Part shown: positions 39,700 through 53,369 of the stretch, in pieces
Numbering within the stretch: position 1 is the stretch's first letter
How the letters are laid out: every line of letters begins with the position of its first letter
NCBI RefSeq assembly: GCF_001194135.2
Contig: NC_068987.1
Span: forward strand, 58,903,644 to 58,967,643
Source: Octopus bimaculoides
Taxonomy: Eukaryota
Length of the DNA: 64,000 bases
Direction: 5' to 3'
Position numbers and translations under genes: made by a program
The notes under the pieces: generated by a model
Databases searched by the model: none
Told to the model about the DNA's origin: nothing
The model's input: the letters and a program-made list of their open reading frames with translations, nothing else

Positions 39700-42600
39700 T
39701 TTGAATACTGGGCTCAATTCATTTGACTAAAGATTCTTCAAAGTGATGCTCAAGCATGGCTATAGTGTAATGACAAACGAGATAGAAAATAAATAGGAAT
39801 ACATTTTCCTTAACTTCATAATTTTTACATGAAGTATATAAACATGTATGAGGCTATAAGGTATATGAATACTGAAAATGAAGTAACACAAAACAATCAT
39901 ACCTTATACACATCAAAATTGATAGCAATTTTATTTCCTTTGCCACATTTTTCTTCTTCCATCAAGGATACTATCATTGTGCATTTATCATTGTTTTTAT
40001 CTTTCTGGGACAAAATTGCCAAAATTTGAGGATTTTTCCAATACATATCTGATAAGAAACATCAAGAAAAACAATAAAAATTAACTCTCCCAAAAGGAAA
40101 CTGAGCACAAAGTTAAGACCATTAAAAAAAAAAAAAAATGGTGAAAAGGAAAAACTGCATTAAATTTTCATGTGTATTGTTGTTTAGCTTGGATTAGCTC
40201 CGACTGAGAAGCAGTATAATCAAAAGATTTGAATGAAACTATGGAACATAAGATCAAAATTGAGAAATTGTTAAAAAAAAGCAAACAAAAAAACAAAACC
40301 CTTCTCTAAAATCATTGTCATCATTTAACATCCATATGAGATGGTTTGACAGGATGCAATAGGCTGAAGGACTGCATAATGCTTCAGCGTCTGCTATGGC
40401 ATGATTTCTATAGCTAGACCGCTTCTCAGCCTTTTGGCTAAGATCAAAATGTAGGATGTCCTTACTAATGCCAATCTTTTTACAGCAGGCACTGGGTGCT
40501 TTTTGGATGCTACCAGCACTAGTTAGATGACTTTGCAGCTCATGAGACAGCAAGAATCCTGGCGGGGTGGTAGACTAATTTAGTTCTAAAAAATTTGATG
40601 ACCACAAAGTTAAGACTATGTACACATATTAATAGTCAACGGGAAGGCAGAGATAGTCTGTGAGTGAAGGCATCTTAGCTTGAAGTCATAAACATGATTT
40701 ATTGAAAGTAAAGTATGGAAAAAATGTAATTTGGAAAGACAAAATACAGTAGGAAAAATAAAATTGAAGAAAGAAGGAAAGAAAAAATATAAGAAAGGAG
40801 ACGGATGTGTTTAGGGGAGAAAAAAGGGGCAGAAAGAAGAAAGAAAGAAGAATGGAACATATGATCAAACACATTTCGCAGTGTGATGGTTCTTGAAGGT
40901 CATTTATGGTTTGAAGGTTGGGCTTCCCAGTTAACTAGTATGTATCTGTCCATGTGAGAGTTTCGCTTTTGGAGTTGTGGCAGTTAGGGTCTTTAAATGT
41001 TTTTAGAATTTGTGTCTCTCTAGTAAAGTCTGCTCTTCTTGGTTCCATTAACATTTGTCTTTGGTCTCTTAAGTACTCTCCATTATTTTAACTAGTGACT
41101 TCAACTGACATCTTAGGTAACACAATGATGGTTATTCTAGAATACATGTACTCTAGAAACATGATGGTAATGAATATGGTTCCACGAATGAGGAGGTATC
41201 AGAGTTTCTGGAGTTCTTTAATGCAAGTGAAGAAAACATTTGCAACATGAGCTTCAGAAGAACCAGCAAGCAATTTGATCACCTTCCAATCAAGTTAGAC
41301 AAACTTCAATATTACCGTGGAAATAAGCAAGATGGTTGTAAATACTAAGGTTTTTTTTCCTCAATGAAGGAAGTAACTCTCTAAGATTATTGGTTCAAAA
41401 TAAAAAAAAGAACTTCAGAAATAAAAGTTGGATAGATTGGGAGACAAATGACATTCTAGAGAAGGAAGGTGAGGAAACAAAAACTTATTCCTGCAAAATA
41501 TATAGACAATTAATTAGATGTGTTATTTCCATGTTCATATACATAGTTTTTGTTTTGTTTTTGTTTTTGTTTTTCTTATTTTTATTAAAACCGATTACAG
41601 TTTCCTTGTGACAATATTCTTTTCTCATGAAGATAATGGCAACACCTGACTTAAATTAATAATGTAATTAAAAAAATGAAGTACCAGGACTTAGTTGGTG
41701 AAGCCCTTGTCAAAAAGGTAAGTGATGAAATGTTTATGATACTGAGATATGGAAACTCTTCCATGTCATCAGCAGATATCTCAGGATACTGCTGATGACA
41801 TGGAAGGATTTCCAGCATTGTGATGGATTTAGAAGAGCTTGCAAAACCTCTCAGTAGCTCCTGCAGTTTCTGCTGGGACAAAGAATCTCTGATGTTGATT
41901 TTGCCTATATATTTCACCCATAAATAATGTTTTATGTTGTTGAAACACTTGAAGACAATTAAACTATGAACTATATATTAATTTTCTAGCACCAAACTTA
42001 CCTTCATAACCAGAATTGCCGCAACCACCTGCTGTCTGGTCTTTAATCCAAGCATCATGATATGTAGTAACAAACCAATTCTCTCTGTCCTATAATAAAA
42101 AAAATATTGAATTATAAAAGATATTGGTTGGTAGAGGTATGATTTATAATCCATGTTATTATGCTTCACACACACACACACACACACACGAGACAATGAG
42201 TTGGGAGAACCATTAGTACATCAGGCAAAATGCTTAGCAGCATTTCTTCTGGCTTTACATCCTGAGTTCAAATTCTGCTGAGGTTAACTTTGCTATTGAT
42301 CCTATTGGAGTTAATGAAATAATTCCAGTTGAGCATGTGATGAGTGAATGTCTTTTGTTTGCCCACTCATTTGTCATAGACATCATCAATTAATGATCAT
42401 TTTCCAAGCTGGTCTGGGTTGAACAGTTTGAAAGGAGTTAGGAAGTGAAAAGACTATGTGAAGATCTCATGTGTATGTGTGTGTGTGTGTGTGTACATAT
42501 ATATATATTCTTGGTAGGGAAGAAGAAGAAGAAGAAGAAGGAGAAGAAGGAGAAGAAGAAGGAGAAGAAGAATGCGGGAGTGCCATGATAGTAGTATGTT

Positions 42601-43180
42601 AAATGGTCCAGTGCCCTGAAAGTGTGGATGGTAGTAGTGACTGAATTCCTGAAGCATCTCTTTTGAATGTTTTGTTTATAAAATTTTCGTAGGTGTTATT
42701 CTAAACAGCAATAGTGGTAAAGTTAGGAAGGAGGTGGCAGACAGGAAGAAGAAGAGAAGGGAGAATAAGAAGGAATAGTAGTAAGGTGTTAAATGGTCAA
42801 ATGACCTAAAAGTGGGACTCTTGAGAATCTCTTGAGTGTATCATTTTTAATATTTGTGCGTGTGTTAGTGTTATTCTAAGGCAGCGGTGACCTTCATGTG
42901 TGCGTGTGTATGTGTAGGTGTGTGGATGTGAGGCTGAGAAGTGGTTAGTGCTAGTGTGTGTGTGTGTGTGTGGTGGTGGGATGTGATAAGACTATATATA
43001 TATCTATATAAAACACTATATAGATATACAACACTATATATATATATATATAGAGAGATAACTNNNNNNNNNNNNNNNNNNNNNNNNNNNNNNNNNNNNN
43101 NNNNNNNNNNNNNNNNNNNNNNNNNNNNNNNNNNNNNNNNNNNNNNNNNNNNNNNNNNNNNNNTATATAATATATATATA

Positions 43181-43213
<33 letters not shown>

Positions 43214-45230
43214 CATATGTTATATATGTCCAGACTCCAAAGAGACTGGTGCTAATCTGCATTGGTAAAATTTGTACTATTTAGAAAAATCCATAAAAAG
43301 TATAATGAGCTTGTTGTAGGGAGTGGGAAATGCAATATTTTGGAAAGAGACCTTCAGGTAAGATTTAATCAGAGAAAAATTGAAAAGTGACAGCAGAATT
43401 TTATCTTCTCATCCTCATGTGTGTGTATACATACATACATTCAAACACACACACACACACACACATACTCATGGACAAATGTTTGCACACAAACATGACT
43501 GTATTGAATAAGAATTAAGAAGTGAAGTTACTTACTGTATTGTCCTCAATTTCCGCTACCACTGCATCAGGTTGAATATGACAGAATGCAATTTCATCAA
43601 AATTACTGACAAATTCATCAAAAGGTATCCTAAAGAGTTCAGAGAGAAAACAATATACCATTAAATTGATAAACAAAATTGTTTTTGAAAGATCATATAC
43701 AGAAAATATACAAACATGCACAGACAGACACATATGCACATTTAGATGCCCACAGTGGCATCAGGTAAAGAATACCGTTATAGAAGTTTGTAAGAAAAAC
43801 CAGTAAGCTCCAATGGTCTGAAAATATACAAACCAAAGGAAATTCAAGTTGCAATGAAGTGAAGGAAACACTGAATACATCAAAATAAAAAGTCCACTAT
43901 AAGTGAACTAAAACTGATAAGAGCTCATCATGTAATTTCTGTGATGTTTTTTGAAACTGTCGTCTTCCTTTATAGCAGGTTACACCCATGATAAAATTGA
44001 TCTTCTGTCACAATTTCCAGTCACTTCAGATACAAATAGTCACTTTATTAAGTTTTGATATAAAAGTAGCTTTTATTCAAACATTGCTCATGTTTTAATT
44101 GTTGTTGGCACTCCGTCGCTTACGACATTGAGGGTTCCAGTTGATCCGATCAACGGAACAGCCTGCTTGTGAAATTAACGTGCAAGTGGCTGAGCACTCC
44201 ACAGACACGTGTACCCTTAACGTAGTTCTCGGGGATATTCAGCGTGACACAGTGTGACAAGGCTGACCAGGAACAACAGAAACAGGAAGTAAGAGTAAGA
44301 GAAAGTTGTGGTGAAAGAGTACAGCAGGGTTCGTTACCATCCCCTGCCGGAGCCTCGTGGAGCTTTAGATGTTTTCGCTCAATAAACACTCACAACGCCC
44401 GGTCTGGGAATCGAAACCGCGATCCTATGACCGCGAGTCTGCTGCTCTAACCACTGGGCCATTGCGCCTCCTCATGTTTTAATATTGCAGTTGTAAAATA
44501 CTGAGTGGGAAAATATATCCTAATAGATTTAAACTCTAGTTTGTTTATGATGCTGTTACACTTATTTTAGAAAGCAATTCATTCTATTTTAATGGAAAAA
44601 TGTTTAACCAGACTTATTCAGCTTCCATGAGTATAAGATTGGCACCTATTTATGCACCCTTGTTATGGGATGCTTGGAACAGAAGCTGTACTGAGAAGTG
44701 ATGATCAAATTCAGTATTAACTTTATCAGACACACTGAATCATCATGGAAATGGTATTCTAAATAATCTACACTTGGTTATTAAGTTCACAAGAGAGATA
44801 AGCAGCTGTGAATTAGCATTTCTGGATATAATAATAATAATAATAATGATAATAAAATTTCAGCCAAACCACCTCAACATTCGTCCATCCATTTTGGTTG
44901 TTAGTTTTTCTCTCATTCCTGCTCACCTTCACAACTCCTCATTCATTAACCTGTCCATCCATGTCACACCATTAACAGCCCTCAGACATCTCATATCAAA
45001 CACATCTAGTTTTTTTTTTGTCAAATGGACCTAGTGCGACATTAGAAGATCCATCCCAGAGAAATATTTTAATGAAAAATGCAAACCAAAGTAAAGTATG
45101 GATTATTATTAAGAAAGTTTTGTTTTTCAGGCCTTGTGCCCATAACAAAACGGATTAAGAATATTTAGCTTCACATCAATATTTTACTACGTCTGTTTTG
45201 TGAATTTTGCAACAGTAATCTCCCTTTAGT

Positions 45231-45274
<44 letters not shown>

Positions 45275-48200
45275 AAATCTATGATATTACATAGTTGTAT
45301 TAGTCATTAGTCGCNNNNNNNNNNTGGTCATGAGCGCTGTCTCTCTCTGTTTATATAAAAGATTTGGGAAAAAAAAAAAAATGATATTGCTGGGAAATAT
45401 TTCTTATTGCCTCGATGAAAATTTTTGTTGTCACAAAATGAAAATAATCAACTGGAAGAATACTTACCAGAACTCTCCATCTTCAGCATTAACAACGTCA
45501 AGTTCCAGTTTCTTGTCAGCTGGAAGATTTCTCATTTCAAATGATCTATATAAAAAAAGAATGGTATTTTGTTACTAGTACGTATACTAGAGTTACAATT
45601 AAATTACTGTTTGAAACTATGAGTTGGTTCCAAGTTGTTAACATCTTAAAATGATTCACTGAAAGGATAAATTATCAAAAGATGTCTATAACTTCACTTT
45701 AGAGATCTAAATGCTAAAGGAGGAAACTGTAATAGGCTGAGTTGTTGGAGTGCTTGTCTACCAAGTGAAGAGTCAACGCTTCATATTCTATAGCTGGTAC
45801 TTTACCATGGTGGAGGTGCAATGGTCCAGTGGTTAGGGTAGCGGACTTGCGGTCATAGGATCGCGGTTTCGATTCCCAGACTGGGCGTTGTGAGTGTTTA
45901 TTGAGCGAAAACACCTAAAGCTCCACGAGGCTCCGGCAGGGGATGGTGGCGATCCCTGCTGTACTCTTTCACCACAACTTTCTCTCACTCTTACTTCCTC
46001 TTTCTGTTGTGCCTGTAATTCAAAGGGTCAGCCTTGTCACACTGTGTCACGCTGAATATCCCTGAGAACTACGTTAAGGGTACACGTGTCTGTGGAGTGC
46101 TCAGCCACTTGCATGTTAATTTCACGAGTAGGCTGTTCCGTTGATCGGATCAACTGGAACCCTCGACTTCGTAAGCGACGGAGTGCCAACAACTTTACCA
46201 TGAGGCATATCTTGTGTAAGCATGCCACTAAATATACATATTTATAACTCGGTGCATAGGTATATACATCTCAGCACTGCAAGTAACAGGAGCACTGTAT
46301 AGTTAAGGATTGGTTAGTTTGCAGTACTAAGTTTGTCCCTTTATAAATCTCAAATAAGAGAACTATTGAAATCCTGAAACCAGTGAAGTTATACTGAGTT
46401 CCATCTCTCTATGAAGATTTTGATGGCATAAAGCTGTTGAACACCTGCACACTACCCAACAATCCTTGCAGTTTCTATGACATGATTCTTTTTCTAATGA
46501 TACACCAGGAAGAAAAAAAAAAAGCAAGATTTAAAATTCTCTTTTAGTCTTTTAATAGTATCATGCTGGGCACATTTTTAAAAGGGAGAACAAAGAAAAT
46601 TTTGAAATAGATATAGAAGTATGAAGGCATCATAAACAAAGGAAATAAAGTCTAGTGACCTTATATTTTTATGTTATCACCCAGCGAGTAGAACCAGGAA
46701 ACTTTCAATCTCTACCTGGATTATTTTACTTCATTTCTCTTCATTTATTCTATTAACCACACCACTTATTTAAAAAAAAAAAATTACATTTCTGTTGAAA
46801 CACAGAGCCTTAATTTCAAATGATTTTTTAAATAAGATTACAGTAAAATAACAGCCATGCTTAAGCTGGTATTTGGAACAAATTAAGATGAAATTTTGAT
46901 GGAAGATTATAATTTAGATCAGTTTAAAACAAAGTTTGAGTCATAGAACCAAAACCAACCTCAAGTGGTTTGGTATCAAATGGATTAAAATGCTTGTGGG
47001 AGACGCAAGTGATATTTTCTATTTTCTTGTTCTTCAAAAAGCTGTAGGGGTTCATACCAAAAGGTAAGAGTTCCAAACATTCATTGTTGGTGTAGAGTAT
47101 AGTAATAAACAATATGGTACTACTGGTATTCTAGTTGTTGGTCAGTTTTAGTTAGCTCTTCTTGAACACATCTATGACATGTCAGTTGACAAATAGTTTC
47201 AACCAATCAATGAGTCAGTCATCATCATTTTCCTCATCATTTAACGTTCATTGTCCATGCTGGCATGGGTTGGATGGTTTGATCAGAGCTGGAAAACTGG
47301 GGTTAGGGTTAGGGTCTGATTTGACATGGTTTCTACAGCTGGATGCCCTTGCTAACACAGACCACTTTACAGAGTGTGTTGGGTGCTTTTATGTGGCACC
47401 ACATGGGTGCTCTTACATGGTGCTGCATGGACACTTTTATGCATGGCACATAGTATATGTATATATATATATATAGTATACATGATCATATATGTCATTC
47501 TGGGTTGAATTTCATTGCATGCAGCCATCTCCCTCTGTATTAAGTATTATTTTGTCTTTAGGTTTTGAATTAAAGAAATGAAAAAAGAAAACAAAATACT
47601 TAAAATAGAAATAATATAACATACGTATCAGACCAAGGGCCGTTCCATTCGCCTTTTCCCCATGGGTTTCTGAGACGCAGCAAATTATGCACTTTCTTAT
47701 TTACTTCCACCTGTAAAGAGAGTATATCAATGTACAACTGACTGTTATGACAGGAGAGGTTTGGTTCCTATGTCTCTTTTATATTTTGCAGGATATATCT
47801 TGATCAATCTTTTATCTTTTACTTGTTTCAGTCATTTGACCGTGGCTATGCTGAGGCACTGCCTTGAAGAGTTGAACCAAGCTAAGCAACCCTGAACTTA
47901 TTTTTTTAAAGCTTGCTATTTATACTATATGTCTTTCTTTTTGCTGAACTGCTAAGTTATGAGGACATAAACAAACCAACACTGGCTATCAAGTGGTGAT
48001 GAGAAGGGACAAACACGAAGGCACTCACAGATATATATATATATATATATATATTTTTTGTTTTACTTGTTTCAGTCATTTGACAGTGGCCATGCTGGAG
48101 CGCCGCCTTTTAGTTGTAGAAATCGACCACAGGACATTCTTTGTAAGCCTGGTACTTATTCTATTGGATTTTTTTGCAGAATTGCTAAGTTATGGGGATG

Positions 48201-48821
48201 TAAACACACAAACATCACATGTCAAACGATGGTGGGGTTGGGGGAACAAACACAGACACAAAGACACACACACACACACATACATATATATACACGATGA
48301 GCTTCTCTCAGTTTCCTTCTACCAAATCCATTCACAAGGCTTTGGTCAGCCTGAGGCTATACTAGAAGACACTTGACCAAGGTGCCATGCAGTGGAACTG
48401 AACCCAGGACCATGTGGTTGGAGAGTGTTTAGCCATATCTTGCACCTATATAGTAAAATTTTCATAATTTCAAAGCTTGGTATCTAATTTTATCATTTGC
48501 TGCTGACTATGTGACTGCACTTGCATGGTTGATTTGAAAACATAAATGTATAAGTATGCAGCACACGTGGAATTTCGGTACATATTTGCTACATAATTAT
48601 ATGTTGTCTTTGGCGATCTCACTGATGAAGTACAGATGACAAATTAATTTATTTGTTTATTAATACAGAAGCTTGGGATTAACTGTAAATAATTGTTGTT
48701 TTCATTCTCTTTGGAATTACTTTTTTATGTGGTTTGAGTTTGGCGGTCCTCTCTAGCATGTAAGGCGTCCTGTAAAAGGTCATCACTTTGTATATAAATA
48801 CTATTCACTTTTATATATGAG

Positions 48822-48889
<68 letters not shown>

Positions 48890-50793
48890 TACATACACAA
48901 CAGGCTTCTTTCATTTTCCATCTACCAAATCCGCTCACAAGGCTTTGGTAGTTGGCCTGAGGCTATAGGAGAAGACACTTGCTCAAGATACCATGCAGTG
49001 GGACTGAACCCAAGACCATGTGGTTGGGAAGCAAGCTGCTTACCACATAACCATGCCTGTACCTAAATATATAAATCATCATCATTTACTGTCTGTTTTC
49101 CATGCTGGCATGAGTTAGACAGTTTGACTGGAACTGGTAAGCTGGAGAGCTGCACCAAATTCCAATCTGATTTGGCATGGTCTCTGGTTACATGCCCTTC
49201 CTAATGTCAACCAATTCAAGAGTGTAATGGGTGCTTTTTACGTTCCACCGGCACGGGTGCTTTTACGGTCCACTGGCATGGTGGCACATGTACATATATG
49301 ATGGGCTTCTTTCAGTTTCTGTCTACAGTAGAAAGCAGAAAAATGCAACATCATGGATATGATAGATGCATGGGACAGAAAGACTAAGGTGAGAATACAA
49401 AACAAATTCTTGGAAAAAAGTATTGCTGTATAGCTGGAGCAGTTACAGCTTTGATGTGGTGGCTGCATGGATGATAGAGAGGAAACAAAATGAACCATAC
49501 AGTACAAGCCAGACATTTCATGGTAGCATTAATGTTAAGGCGGTGAGCTGGCAGAAACGTTAGCATGCCAGGCGAAATGCTTAATGGTATTTCATCTGTC
49601 TTTACGTTCTGAGTTCAAATTTTGTTGAGATTGATTTTGCCTTTCACCCTTTCAGGGTTGATAAATTAAGTACCAGTTGCATACTGGGGTCGATCTAATC
49701 GACTGGCCCTCCCCCCAAAAATTTTGGGCTCTGTGCCTAGAGTAGAAAAGATTAATGGTAACACTACTGGAAAGACCTGTAGTGTTGGAAGGTGCTAGAA
49801 TCATTGTGATGTTCAGGTTACAGTTAATTAATGGAATATCTGACTGAAAACTAAATGCAAAATGTATAGTATACACACAATCAGTGTGTCGATGCAGTTG
49901 CAAGGTTTGACTGGGAAATGTTTAGTAATTTTGCTTAGTTTGCAGGTTTTGGAAGGGTAAAGAACCGTGTGCGTGTGCGTGCGTGTGCGTGTGTGGTAAA
50001 AAAAATTTATAATTTGCTTTTCATTCTTCCTCTGAAAACAAATAAATACCAAAAATTTGAATAAAAACCTCAAAAACAAAATTACTGTTATATAAAAATA
50101 AACAATTTATACAGTACAAGGAAGATGGTATTCCTAGAGTTTTGCTTAGTTTGCAGGTTTTGGAAGAGGAAAGAACCATAAGTGTTTGTGTGTGTGTAGT
50201 AAAAATATTTATAATTAGCAAACTGACCTGAGCTACTTTAGTAATTGTGTATGCATGACCTTCGTATAAGCCGTTCTCCCTTTTTGTTTCTTTGAGTGGT
50301 AGCATTTCATTCTTCCTCTGAAAACAATGAAATACCAAAAATTTAAATAAAAACTTCAAAAACGAATTTCTATTATATAATTTAAAACAATTTATACAGT
50401 ACAAAGAAGATGGTATTCCTAGAATCAGTAGAGTATTGAACAAAATCACATACTTGTGCTATATTAAGTTGTATCATATACATTCAGAATTCGAAACCCT
50501 ACAAAGAATGTCTTTCATCCTTCTATTTCAGCCAGGTACTTATTTTATTGATATCTATTTATCAAACTGCAAAGTTAACAGCAATAAACACACACATAAA
50601 CAGCCTATTTGTGTGTGTGTGTGTATACAGTCATGGCTAAAAGTTTGAAACATAGGTCTGAAAAATTAGAATTTATTTTATATTAAATGCCCAAATATAT
50701 ATATTGTATACATTTGAATTGAATTGTACTTGGGCATAACAATTTTAATTAAAAAAAAATTTCAAACATTTGGCCATCACTGTATGTATATGT

Positions 50794-50827
<34 letters not shown>

Positions 50828-53333
50828 TCAGTTACTCCTTCCTTCCTCTGGAACCTTCCATCCTTTACTCTCATCTTCCATTCCTTTCCATGCAGTGTTC
50901 CCACTGAACATCTTTCTATGCCTTCAGGTAGTTCTTCCTTCAACCATACTCCACTTTATCACCTCACATCTTCCCAGTTACTACCACTCACCCTTACAAT
51001 TTGGGATAGTCATGTATCTCTTCTATAGCAAGGTGTCTGTTCTTTTCCCTAAATTATACTTTAGCCTCTCAGCACCTGGCATTAAGCCATCCTTTTGACT
51101 TTCTAATAACTGCCACTTTGTCGTTGAGGAGTAGGGGAGCTTTTCTACTTCCTCTTTTTTGTCTGTCTTGTAACTTAGCAGCCTTGCTATTACCAGTAGC
51201 ATGTAAAAAGCACCCAGTACACACTGTAAGGAGGCTGGTGTTGGAAAGGGCATCTAGCCACAGAAAACAAAAACTCAATGCAGCCTTACAGCTTGCCAGA
51301 TTCTGTCAAACTGTCCAACTCATCCCAGCATGAAAAACGGACATGAAATGATAATGATGAATGTATATATAAGTGTGTGTGTGTGTGATTGTGAGTGTAT
51401 TTGTGTTGACATGTCTTGACATGATCCGATGATTGTAAATGAACATCACTATCATACAAGCAGTGTTCTTTGATTTCCAAACTTCTAGGGAAACATGTCT
51501 GGCCATGGAGAAATATCATCTCGCTTTTAAAATAAGTGAGGGTTGGCAACAGAAAGGGTATCCAGTGATAGAAAAATCTTCCTCGATGAAATTCCATGTG
51601 ACTTATGTGCAAATGAAAAGTAATCATCCAAACAAAATGTCATTATCTTGAAATATATTGATTATATAAACTCACATAAATTGCAGCACCAATCAAAGTA
51701 TTCATCTTCCTGACATTTAGGAGCAAGTCATACAAATTTGGTGCAATTTTCATCTTCTCTCTTAAATCATAAAATTCTGAGATGCCTCCTGTTAGATCAG
51801 TTAGGGCACTTTGGATCTTTCCTCCATTCAGCGATTGGTAGCAACCTTGAAGCCTGAAGAGGAAAATGAGTAGATATATTAGCTGACCACAAAAAGTCAA
51901 TGAAGTATAATAGAATGCAGGTATAGACATTTTTCTAAGCTTCAAGACACCCGAAGATCAATAGTTAACTCTGATTTTATTGTGTTAATTAGATGAGAAA
52001 TAAACTCTCTTTTAGGATAGGAAACATTGATATTCCTTGATGACCTGGTATCAATGATCTAGCATAACTGAAGAAATAGTAATAGAAACTGAAGAAATAG
52101 AATTCACATTGCAGATATCTGTGAGAAATGAAGGGATCATTTTGTCTTTCATTTATTTTAGTTTTTGGGCTGTGGCCATGGTGGAATACCACCTTGAAGG
52201 GTTCAGGAATTGAAACAACAATTTCATGATTCTGAGTGCAACACCCTAACTTTTAGGCCAATGTGCCCTCCCTACTCACACACACACACAATAATTCAAT
52301 AATTAATATCTCTCCAATCTAAATTAAATGAATACAAATAGTCATATACTTTTAAAATGCCATATTTAACAAGTGTTAAATTTAGAGTGGGTTTTCATGC
52401 ACTTGTAAATAACTGAGTAACAAAGGCTATTATACTTACTTAGCATAGGCTTTCTCTAATAATGGACTCCAGAATTCATTTGGCTGTTCCCTGTTCTTTC
52501 CATAAATCAAATGGCCATTTATTGTTGGCAAGTAATCATCAATTATAACTTCCCTCCATTTTCCATAGTGCCAAAAGTTGAAATGGAAGGCACCTGCAAA
52601 AGAAATCAACAAGAAAATAATATTGGCTTTAAATTGTGGCACAAGACCAGCAAGTCAACAGAATGTGAGTAAGTCAACTACATTGATCCCAGTGTTCAAC
52701 TTGGTACTTTTTTTTTATCAACCCCAGAAGGATGAATGTCTATCTATCTACCTGTCTATCTACCTTTCTTTTTATCAACCCTAGAAGGATGAATGGTAAA
52801 GTTGACTTCAGTGGAATTTGAACTCAGAATATAATGACAGATTAAATGCTGGCAAGCATTTTGCCCAACATGCTAACAATTCTGCCAGCTTTCCACCTTA
52901 AGGAAGATACATATTGACTTGCTTTAGACAATGTTCAAAGACTCGCATATCATAAAACAAAGAATGGGATGTGATACCCAAGTTAGTTTTCAAGGTTATT
53001 AACTGCATAAGTGAAAGAGAGCTTTAAGTTTTTGGCATACAGATTACTCTGTTGAATGTAATGCTTATTTATCCACATTGCTTTGAACTAATCATGCATC
53101 ATCTCATAACTAAGATTATTTATTGTCTTTTTTGCCAGACTGCTAAGTTATGGTGATATAAACAAACCAACACCACTTGTCCAGCAGTGTTGTAGCTAGA
53201 GCTATTTCTTAAAGATATTTTGATTTGATGGTCATAGATGGAATGCCTTTGATCAGTGGTCTGTCCAATTACAGTGCCAACCTGTGGTCAAACAACAGAA
53301 GCACTAACCAACTTTATCTTTCTGTCTGTCTGC

Positions 53334-53369
<36 letters not shown>

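Noticed and set aside
47299-47315. Two to three TTAGGG units in a SINE
   Set aside because: Too short; likely local slippage
52712-52795. 27-bp duplication flanking a TCTA filler inside a SINE
   Set aside because: Best explained as a repair or slippage scar
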